Shown here: positions 1 through 10,300 of the stretch, one piece after another
How positions within the stretch are numbered: the stretch's first letter is position 1
Layout: every line of letters starts with the position of its first letter
NCBI GenBank assembly: GCA_973895155.1
Contig: OZ316899.1
Location: 7,505,241-7,569,240, forward strand
DNA: 64,000 nt
Source of the DNA: Marsupella aquatica
Taxonomy: Eukaryota > Plantae > Marchantiophyta
Direction of reading: 5' to 3'
The notes under the pieces: generated by a model
Databases searched by the model: none
What the model was told of the DNA's origin: nothing
What the model saw: the letters and a program-made list of their open reading frames with translations, nothing else
Program-made: the position numbers and the translations under genes

Positions 1-110
1 CATCCCATGCCGCTAAGCCGCGGAAACGGCCTCGCCGAGGACAAAACCTGCGGGAATCGGCTTGAGCAAGGGGGTTTTCTTGGGTTTGGGGAGCCATGGG
101 ACGCACCACA
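1..110 (+). repeat. 3' end of the 5' LTR of element A
   Basis: Matches 10191-10300 with about 6 mismatches; ends in CA; followed by PBS. Confidence 0.95.
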
Positions 111-114
111 TTTT

Positions 115-132
115 TGGCGCTAGATGGAGGGG
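115..132 (+). promoter_or_regulatory. Primer-binding site, probably tRNA-Asn
   Basis: TGGCGCTAGATGGAGGGG 4 nt after the LTR; identical at 14047-14064 and on the minus strand at 49102-49119. From memory it is one mismatch from the complement of the plant tRNA-Asn(GUU) 3' end. Confidence 0.8.
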
Positions 133-179
133 GCATTTCTTAAGCCGTGAGATATGAAGTTAGGAAGGAAGTGTGGGTA

Positions 180-3135
180 ATGACTGAACCTACGCCAAGA
201 GAGGAAAGAGTGATTCAACGGGAGAGAGCTCGTCTGCAGCAGCTCGCCGGGTGGCATGATACACAGCGACTGAGAGGGGCAAAAAGAGCTAGTAGCTCTG
301 TAACTGAAAGTGGCATCGAAGAAGACACACCAGAAGAAGGGTCGGTAAGGAGAAGTGAGTCTCCAACCAACATGGGGGAACCAGAGGCACGGCCAGACAA
401 GAGGCCAGGGACCAGACTGAGCCAACGGTCGCGTATTCATTACAAGGCCTTTCATGGAAGAGGAGATGAGGATCCGGACGAATGGTTGGATGACTTCGAA
501 GGAACCGCTGCAGCAAATGGAGAATCGGCCATCAAGATGCAAATTCTTCCCGTCCTGTTCAAGGGTGAGGCTAGGCCTTGGTACACAGCACTGGACGTGG
601 AAGATCAAGCCATCTGGAATACTTTCAGATCACTATTTGTCAAGGAGTTTCAACCCATTGGAACTTCAGAGTTAGCAGTGCTGAAGTTGGGACGACTTCG
701 GTTCAAGGAGAACAAATCCTTCAGGAAGTTCCTGCAACGCTTCAAAAGCTGGTAAGACGTACAAATACCAATGCATCTGAAGGTATGCAACTTCAATGGT
801 TAGTGAATGCTTTGCCACAGAAGATGAGTTTTGCAATTAGGAAGGAGAATCCAGAGACTTTAGCCGAGGCAATTAGAGATATTCAATTATACATTAATGC
901 AGATATCACAAGCCGGAAGAAACAGCTTAAGTCTGAGAGTTCCTCATCGGAGGAAGGATCAACCCAGAAGAAAAACGATAAGAAAAAGAAACATTCTAAG
1001 AAGTCAAGAAGTGATAACTCAAGCTCGGATAGTGGAGGTAGAAAGAGTGAGTCATCTTCTAGTTCTGAAGAAGAAAAAACTAGGAAAAGGAAGGGCAGAA
1101 GGAGGGGAAAGATGAAAGTCAAGCTAGAGGCTAAAACACCAGATAACATCATAGCCCTTACCAAGCAGCTTAAGGCTATAATAGCAGAGGTAAAACCGAA
1201 GAAGAAGGTAGTACAGGAGGATAGCTCTGTATGGTGTGCCTTATGTTATAAAACCGGACACCATAAGGATGTGTGTCCTAAACTTAATACTAGTCATGTT
1301 CGGCATGTGGCTGAGGTCAGACCATGTCAGGGAGAGTAGAGTACTTTTTAGGGGATGTCGTTGATAGTGTTTTCGGCATCAGTGAGACTGGAGCACGAGA
1401 CCTATCCAACAAACCTGCATCTCTCTGGTCAGGATTAAGGAACAATCTGGGAGAAATATATCCTCGGATTATTCAAAATCCGTCAGTACCTCCTAGGCCG
1501 AATGTGCAAAGATTTGCGGCATGCTATAATTGTGATCAACCTGGTCATTTTGCTAGAGAATGCCCAAATGCACGCAAACAAGGTGATGGACAACCAGCTC
1601 AACTATGTATGGGATGCCGACAGGAGGGCCACCTGCTAGGACAATGTCCTACGTGGTTGGCAGGCCTGGCCACAAATCATAAGCTCTTGCCAGTCAAGGT
1701 CTTGCCGCCAGGTACTATCCCCGAAGGAGTTCAAATCAACCACATCAAACTCGGATGGCAAACGGATGTCGAGGCAGAGTTCGGACCATCTGATGATGAG
1801 GCCGAGGCCCTATCAACCTTCTCAGAAGAGGATTTGGATCATGATTGCTACCGGGTCTCTGCTCAATCTACCAGAAGGAAGGAAAGGTGGGATGGGCTGG
1901 CCAAAAATAAAGGGAAGGATAAGGAAGAAATAATCGACTCTTCGTCAACATCAACAGAAGGGGAAGGAAAGGCGTCGGCAACACAGGTAAGCCATGAGCC
2001 CACCAGTGAGCCCAATCCTTCACAGGACAGCGACTTCAATCGAGATCACCCTAAGTTGTTCTACCCCTCTATTACGGCTAGTGTTAAGAAACAATTGCAA
2101 GAATTAGAAACCCAGGAGAATACCGAAGCCATAGTCAAGGATGTGAAACGAGCAAAAGCGTTGTTTGCTTCGGAGGATCCAATGGCTATGGAAACCAGCA
2201 TGGAAAAATAGGCCGAAGCCAAGATGAAGACAGCGCCAGAAGAGAAGCCGATAGTTCCCTATGACCTGGCTAAAGATGTGCTAGAATCTAGAGTCTTGGC
2301 AACCGTAGGTCAACTATTGAAAAATAGCCCGTACTTCCGGAAGCAGTTAAGGAAGGCAATTCTCGGCAAGCCGAGATTACCCAAGGTAGCAACCAAATCC
2401 GATGTGCTGATGATAGAAGAAGATCAAAGAGCCCCAGCATTATCATTAATGATTCAAGGAGAAATATTATTGCGAGTACCCATTGATGGAGGATCAGGGG
2501 TATGTATTATGATTGATTCAACAGCAAAAGGATGGGGTCTAACGTCGGAGATGACTGGAAGAGTGTTAAACATGGCCAATGGGTATCAAGTCATTCCCAC
2601 GGGAGTGTCAACCGGCATCAAAACGGAGATAGGAGGTATCTTCTTTAGCATTAACTATGTAGTAATGAAACCGGTAAACCCTACGTTGTTCCGGCTATTA
2701 ATTGGCAGGCCATGGCTGTACCTAGCCAAGGTAATAGAGGATTGGGGTAAGAAGGAGTTCACCTTTGGGGCCCCATCTATCACGGTATCCTGGGACACCA
2801 AGGATGACCGCAGGAAAAGCATCAGGGAGATAGATGGGTACGACAATGGACTGGAATCCGCCGATGAGGTACGTTGGCTAGAATGCCTCACTGACCTAAC
2901 CAAAGAAAGTGTCTTTGGACCAGAGGTACCCCGCAGCGGATTATGGCAAGAACCTATGGAAGGTGACTTGGAGGAAGGTGAAGAAAAGGTCGAGGACTGC
3001 TTTACCATAGAATTGACATTTTTAGCTTCAATCCCAGAGGAAGCACCAAGAGTGGACCAATTGGGTGAAACGGTTAAGTGGGGAGCTACAACAGGGACCG
3101 TGGATTTTCCTCAGGCGTTGTGGCAAAGCCGATAG
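180..3135 (+). pseudogene. gag: gag-protease of element A (two frameshifts, one stop)
   Basis: Colinear with the intact 997-aa ORF at 46061-49054; three CX2CX4HX4C knuckles; protease motif PIDGGSG...LLIGRPW. Confidence 0.92.
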
Positions 3136-5837
3136 GATCCACAACGCCGTCTATCCCTGACAACAAATTAAATACAAGGGGATCGTCTTACAAGCCAATC
3201 TCAAGGGCAGAGAAAATTGAGGCCCTACTAGAAGCCGGAAGAGCACGACGGCCTGACCCTCAGGAAGCAGGAATAGATGACATGCACGGGAAGAATCCAA
3301 AACCAAGTCAAGAAGGGAAGCCGACAACTAAATCAAAACCGAGCAGAACGGCAAGGGAACAGTCTGTTGAGAACCAAGGAGAAATTAAGTCAACCAACTT
3401 GGCTAGTACTGCCAAGATTCCAGTCTATGGAGGTATGAGACTGGAAAGGCTGGAAGCCGAGCTGGACCCGAATTTGAAGAAGCAGATTAATATGATCCAA
3501 GCACGGCAATACCGGAAGCTCGACTTAGGAGAAGGAAGGGAACTGAACTTAGGGAGGGACCTAACACCTGAACTCGAGAAGGAGATCAGTGAATTACTAA
3601 TTGAATTTCAGGATGTGTTCGCATGGAGTCACCAAGATCTGAAGGGAGTAGACCCAAAACTAGGAGAACACCGAATTGATCTCATGTTAGGGGCCAAATC
3701 ATTTCGACAACCGATTTGACGGATGAACCGTAATATTCCCTGATGGTAAAAACTGAAATCCACAAACTAGTAGAAGCTGGATTCATCACTCCAGTCCTAC
3801 ACTCAGACTGGGTGTCTCCAATTGTGATAGTTCCCAAGAAAGCTAGCAGTATGGCTAGATATCATGCAACCTAAGAACATAAAGGATGTGAGATCCTTCT
3901 TGGGGTGCATTGGCTATTATCGCCGGTTCATCAAGGACTTTGCCAAACTAGCTTTACCATTAACCAACATGCTCAAAGCAGGTGCAGACTTTGAACCCAC
4001 ACCAGAACGAGTAACAGCAGTAATAGAATTGAAGCAAATGTTAGTAGAGGCCCCAGTCATGATAGCACCAGACTGGAACAAGGATTTTCATGTCTTTGTA
4101 GATGTCTCAGGCTTTTGTATCGGCTCAGTACTAGGTCAGTTGGATGAGAAAGGAAGGGACAATCCCATATACTTTGCAAGCCGCCAACTTGCCGATGCCG
4201 AACGCAATTACTCCACCATAGAAAGAGAAGCATTAGGAGTCATTTATTCCTGTAAAAAGTTTAGGCATTATTTACTGGGGTACAAAGTAATCTTTCATAC
4301 CGATCATGAAAGTTTGAAGTACCTAGTAAATAAGCCGGACCTTACGGGCAGGGTAGCAAGATGGATTTTGCTATTACAGGAGTTTGACTACAAGCTAAAA
4401 ATCAAGCCAGGAAAGCTACACGCCAATGCCGACTTCTTTTCAAGGATCACAGGTGAACCTGCCACGGATTGCATCGATGATCGATTTCCCGACAAGGAGC
4501 TATTCGTTGTGGAAATAGCTGATACATGGTACCCTGAGATTTTACAATTTCTCAGCACATCCAGATTACAGCCAGGGCTAAACAGAGAGCAAGCCGCAGT
4601 CTTTTTGCGGAAGGTCAGACAGTATCAGTGCATTAAGGGCATCCTACACAGGTATGGAATTAGCGGCACAATTCAAAGGTGTTTGGAAAAAGGAGAGGTA
4701 AAACGAGTCCTACGGGTTATGCATGGGGAGGAAGCCGGAGGACATTTTGCTCCAGCAACCACGTCTAAAAAGATATTAAATGCCGGTTACTGGTGGCCCA
4801 CCTTGCACAAGGATGTCTACCAGTTTATCAAACAATGCGACCCTTGTCAGCGAGCGGGAGGACCAAGGGTGTCCACAAGACATCCACTACACCCTATTCT
4901 ACCTCTGACACCATTTGAGAAATGGGGTATTGACTACTTGGGACCTCTGAAACCATTGACCCATCCTCAAAAAAACAAGTACATAATCCTAGCCACGGAT
5001 TATGCAACTAAGTGGGTAGAGGCCAGGCCGACAACGAAGGATGATGCAATTACTACGGCTTGATTCATGTATGAGCAGATCTTCACCAGGTATGGCGCAC
5101 CCCTAGAATTAGTTAGTGATAGAGGAACCCATTTTCTGAATGATATAATTAGTCGTTTAAATGAGCAGTATTTAGTTAGACATAGGCCTACTACTCCCTA
5201 CCACCCAAAGGCAAATGGGTTGACAGAACGAGCAAACGGAATTATAGGAAAGATATTGAACAAAACCGTAGCTCAGAACAAACTCGACTGGGATGATAAA
5301 TTGTTTGCTTTTGTTTTTGCTTACAATTTAGCCTATAAATCCACTACCGGTCATACACCCTTTTTCTTAATCTTTGGATAGGAAGCCCTGGTACCCATGC
5401 AACTTGAGATTCCTACATTTCAAGTTACAATTGAGGAGAGAACCTCAGAGGAGGAAAGCCTAAAGGAGCGAGAATATAGGTTAGAAGCTTTAGAGGAGGC
5501 AAGAATGATTTCAGCCGAGAGAGTCGAATATAGATAGAATACCATGAAGCAGCAGTATGATAAAAGGTTGAAACTAGTTAGTATTCACACAGGAGATCTT
5601 GTATTACTTTATGACAGTAGGTATAGTAGGTTTTCGGGGAAACTTTACACTCGCTGGTTAGGACCTTTCAGGGTATCAATGAAGTTCTCTAATGGCTCTG
5701 TGCAATTGGCCAACATAACTGGAGAGGTGTACCTAGTTCGCATCCATTACGACCGCCTCAAGAAATACTATATGGACGAAGATGAAGTTGTTCACAAGGA
5801 CGCTTCACAATTAAGTGGGGAGCTATGTGATGCCTAG
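3102..5837 (+). pseudogene. pol: pol of element A: RT N-terminus, RT core deleted near 3845, RNase H, integrase
   Basis: DVFAWS...IVIVPKK joins directly to LAVWLDIMQPK; RNase H (FVDVSG, AERNYSTIEREAL); integrase (GGHF, CDPCQR, WGIDYLGP, VSDRGTHF, GLTER, WLGPF). Confidence 0.92.
5811..5825 (+). promoter_or_regulatory. Polypurine tract of element A, inside the last integrase codons
   Basis: TTAAGTGGGGAGCTA directly before TGTGATGCC, the LTR start defined by element F's TSD; similar to element C's PPT AAGTGGAGGGCTA-TGTG. Confidence 0.88.
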
Positions 5838-8800
5838 CCAGGAATCACTACGCCAGTTAGGTGGGGAAAACGGAGGTGTAACCTATAAACACATTAGTAT
5901 AGTAACAAAAACAAGGAAAATATAAACAATTAGGGTGACTATGGAACCCGGGGCGAGGCCGGAGGTAAAGACGCCGGGGGAGAGAACACGATTAGGGTTA
6001 GTGCGCGCTAAGCATCGGCGGCTAGGGGTAACCAACGGGAGGAAAGACCAGAGGAGGAGAGGGGTAAGGACCGCTTGCGAGGAATGGTGGCTCATTTGCA
6101 AGCACGAACTGGGCAGACAACTATGGAAGGCCAAATACTGTCAGCTACTTAGGCAAGCACTCTCGGCGGGAGCAGATACCAATGATCGAGTCAAGGAGGG
6201 TATGAGCAACGTCAATCAAGCGACACATTTTTGGGGATGCCTGTTCGAACGGGCAACTGAGTACATTAGGACTTACGAGAACAAAGAATCAGAGAGAGCA
6301 GCTCGAGAACGGCAGGAGCTCGCTCGACTGTGGGAGCTGTAGAAGTCTGCCTTTTAGGAGAACTCATCAAGGCCAAGTTCTTGTGGACTCCTACTACCAA
6401 TCAGCTCGATGACTTTCTGTTTTGCAAAGACAAAATCGTCGGCATTTGGGAAGCCATCAACCGCTGCAATGACACGCACTGGGAGTTGAAGGGTAGCACG
6501 GAGGGGTGGACAAAGGCAACTGTGCTAGGAGAAACATCCACGGCAGCCGAGATGAAGAGGAAAGGAAACAACAACAAAGAGGCCACCCCGGTAAAAAGAC
6601 CGAGGTCGGTGGCACCAAGGAAGCCAGCAGAGCAGCAGAACGGGAGGCAGGGAGAAGCCAAAGAGGAGGAGGTCGATCCCATCAATGCCATTCCAACAAA
6701 GGATGACACCTGGAAAGGCTGGGCGGCAACCCTACCAGAGGAAGTGCAATTACATTTTGCACGGGAGGAGGATGCATGCTTTATGGCCATGCAGACCAAG
6801 AAGTACCAGGGCTTCATGGCCGGATCCGGCTTGGAAGCCTTTGTAAGATTACCATGGCTGAAGCCAGAGGTGCCGGACTCAGACTTATTAGAATTCGTGG
6901 GATCTTGGGAACCCAAGACCAATTCCATGAGGGTGTATGGGAAGGATTTATATCTCACTCCCCGGGTGATTGCCGAGGTGTTTGGCTTGCCGATGGGTAA
7001 TAAGACCAAGGTTGATACCAGGAAGACCTTACTTGACAAGGAGTTCCGGTCGTTCCCAGGACCATCAACAAAGAATGGCTTCTTCCGGAACACCTGCACC
7101 AACCCGCACATCGGAGAGATGATCGATTTCTTGCGGGTGACCATGCATTGTAACTTGCCGAGGGCAGAGATCGGCAAGGCTTAGGTCTACCTGGCAGAAA
7201 GGCCAGACCCAAGCCGGGATTACAACGGGTACCTCCTCAATCAACTGAAGAAGATCTTGAAGGAGGAACAGCAGGCGATTGGCGTGGGAAGCGTGTCCCG
7301 GCTTGGCTATCACATGTTGTTGTTGTGCCGGTATGCCAGAAGTCAAATCTTTGCCCCAGTACTTCCCCTATCGGCAAGGGCACCGGAGGAAGTTCCGGAG
7401 CAGAGGCCAGCAACAGAAGAGCCCAACTAGCTTGCCAGTCCTACGATCGAGCAGGTGTTTCGGCCAAGGAAAGAAGACTTGCCGATGCAGCAATCAGGCA
7501 TGCAGAATCTGCTGAAATTGCTGGAGAAGGAGAGAACGGCACCGGCAACGGCAACGGCACCGGTACAGGACACTGCCCCAGAGGCCGGCCTAAGCTGACT
7601 TGGGAGGGAAAACCTCATTACCGGAGCCAACGAGAGAAGGAGGCCGGAACACAAGCCGGGAGTTCAAATGTATGTGGGAGCCTCAAGCCCCAAATTGGAG
7701 GTAGAGCAGCCTAAGGCTCCTTCCCGCGGAAAACAGAGGGAGAGGACAGCCTGGAAACTAGTGGAGGAACCAGAGCCCGTGATCTGTGAGGCCGTTTTCA
7801 CGGCAGGACCAGGGGAACAGAGGGGGAAGCCGGGAGTCCAAGCAGTGGAGGAGGCTGTGGAGGACTACAGCAATGATAACTCCGGCTATGGGTCGGATCA
7901 TCATGTTCCAGGAGTAAGGACCTGTGGCCAGTTTATCCCCACGCTTCCAAGAGTAGTTTGAGGGGACCCCACCTAGCAGAGTAGCCCCGAGTCTCCCCCA
8001 CCAGAGGTTGCTCCCCCGAGCTTTGACGGCATAAAGCAGACGGCACAAGAATTTCAGGAGCGACTTAGGGAGGAAGAGAAAGCAGCCCTGGCTAGGGAGA
8101 AAGATTTACCAGGAGGAGATTGGCCGGAGGACATCAGGCGGCTTGCCAAAAAAAGAAGCAACCCTCTCGCCACCGTAGAAGAAATCTGCAAGGCGGCTTG
8201 GGAACAGAGGCCGAGGTGGTTGATGCCGATGACTTCTACTTACTCCGCCTATGCTAAAGATAGAGCCATGGAGTACAGGGAGATGTGTGGGGACCTGGCA
8301 CTCAACATCTTTGGGGAGGAGTTGGAGCAGGGACCTTTTTTCCAGAGGGAGATGTTGGAGAAGCACCGATTAGAAGAAGCGGTGGCTTTGGAGAGAAGCA
8401 AGAAGGACAAGGTCATCCAGCGGCTTAGGGAGATGGAAACCGAGGTGGAAGACCTGCAGGCGGCCAAGAAAGCCCAAGATGAGCTGCGGATTAAGCGGCA
8501 TGAGCTAAACTTCATGCAAGGACAATTGGATGCCGCTCAGTCTGGCAATCAGATTATCAAAGATAAACTGACTTGGACCCAAGGAGAGTTGGTCGGCGCG
8601 GTCAAGGACAGGGAAAAGTGGAAGCAGGAGCTGAGGGACGTAGAGGAGGCCCACATAACCGCCAACAACCGGGCCATGGCGGAGACTCAGAGAAAGGAGA
8701 GGGCATTGAAAGGAGAGCTTGAGGATATCCGCGAAGCCCTTGAGCAGAAGGAGGCCGAGTTAGGGAAATCCTATCAAGGGATTATTGCGCTGCAGCAGGA

Positions 8801-10300
8801 ACTTGCATCCCTGACGGCCAGCTTCAAGGCCGACCTCCGTGAGAAGGACGACCAGCTTGACCAGACTTATGCCAAGATGAATAAGATGGAGTCTGAGGTC
8901 GTAGCAGAGCTTGACAAGGAGCTAAGAGCAACCCAGGAGGAGAGGGCTACCTTAAAATTGGAATTGGAGGAAGCCAAAAAGGAGCTGCAGGAGGGACGGA
9001 AGGACCCGGAGGAAGCCCAGGAGGAGTTGGAGGAAACCACCAGGAAGATGGAGAACTTACAGCGGCGGGCCGACAACCAAACGGAGCGGCTGAAGAAACA
9101 AGCCGCAGTATTTAAGTGCTTAGCTTCATCTGGTCCAATTCCAATTGTGGGAACTCCGTTACCAGGAGGGGTACTGGCCGAAGGACAAGCCGAGACACAC
9201 GCCCCGGTGCCGGAGGTAGGTAGCAAGGGGAAGGGACCAGCTACCAAAATAGGGAAGAAGAAGAAGCGGAAACCTTCTGGGTCTGGGAGTTATACGGCTT
9301 ACCAAGCCGTTGTGACCCAGGCGGTCAACCCGGCACCAAGCTCCGGCATGGTCACGGCAGTATATCCACCTGTTGAAGAAGGTGGGGATGGCAAGGCCGA
9401 GGCCGGGACAGCTATTGATGAAGCCGAGGTACCGGATCCTCCACTAGAACATGTCGGGAAGGCCGAAGCCGTATCGAAGGCCGTGACCGATGCTAAGGCC
9501 GAAGCCGAGGGTGGACCCAGTCAAGCCGATGAAGAGTTGACTCGGTCCAGGGCAGGTAATCTGTCAGAGGACGGACCGACGGCAGTGGGTGCGGGGGAAG
9601 CGTTGGGGGCGTCCATTGAGGATCCGCCACCAGTGTCGTGACGGTGCAAGGGTGCCATTCCTTTAAGGAAGGGCGGACGTGGAGGTAGGAGGCGTGAGTG
9701 GGCAGAGCGGGCTCAGATCTCCAAGTTTAGGATTAGGATCAAGACCAGGAGACGGCCCTGACACTTAGATTAGTGGGATGGCGGATCCACTGGTAGGAGC
9801 AACACTTGTGGTCCTGCCTTGCTGTACAGTTAGGTAGATTACAGGTAGGATAGATTAAGCTTACGCGACGAAGTTCTGGACAGATCCGCATTAACAGATC
9901 ATCTGCTATTTGTGTGTCGCATTAACTTGTGTGAAGAGTGCCCACATCAATGAAGGGAAGTAGCAAGGGAGTGAGAGTTGGATGTGTCAAGCTGAGAGAG
10001 GTCTTAGCGGCTTAACCAAGCCAATTGGGGATCATTTCGGCGGCGGAATCCAAACATACCTAATGGAAGACCAGGAGAGGAATACAAGGGAAGGCCTAGA
10101 ATAGGCCGGCTAAGTATCTCATGACCCGATGAAGGATCTGTCCAGTATATGTGTGTAAAATGTTAATCATAGTAGAAGGAGAGTTAGCAGCGTCCCATGC
10201 CGCTAAGCCGCGGAAACGGCCTCGTCGAGGACGAAACATGCGGGAATCAGCTTGAGCAAGGGGGTTTTCTTGGGTTTGGGGAGCCATGTGACGCACCACA
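5826..10300 (+). repeat. 3' LTR of element A (4475 bp, contains the accessory ORF)
   Basis: Starts TGTGATGC, ends GCACCACA; homologous end to end with the 4657-bp LTRs of element F. Confidence 0.9.
5941..9641 (+). pseudogene. LTR-encoded accessory protein, disrupted copy
   Basis: Fragments 5935-6342, 6330-7184, 7668-7961 and 8220-9641 align to the 1219-aa ORF at 50045-53704; stops are mostly CAG>TAG and CGA>TGA. Confidence 0.88.

Larger units (their letters stand above)
1..10300 (+). mobile_element. Element A: Athila-like Ty3/gypsy LTR retrotransposon with giant LTR, decayed, RT core deleted; 5' LTR mostly outside the window; inserted into the 5' LTR of element B
   Basis: LTR end ...GCACCACA at 110, TTTT, PBS, gag-pro, RNaseH-integrase, PPT, then a 3' LTR 5826-10300 ending in the same ...GCACCACA. 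The sequence after 10300 resumes mid-ORF in the family-B LTR. Confidence 0.93.

Noticed and set aside
6401-7177. Long antisense ORFs (also 41260-41769, 43630-44157, 54450-55178)
   Set aside because: They mirror the sense ORFs, have no motifs, and their lengths differ between copies.
9661-9668. TATA box right after the LTR ORF stop (CTTTAAGG; B CAATTAAGG; F CTTTTAGG)
   Set aside because: Positionally plausible but non-canonical and variable; not called without TSS data.
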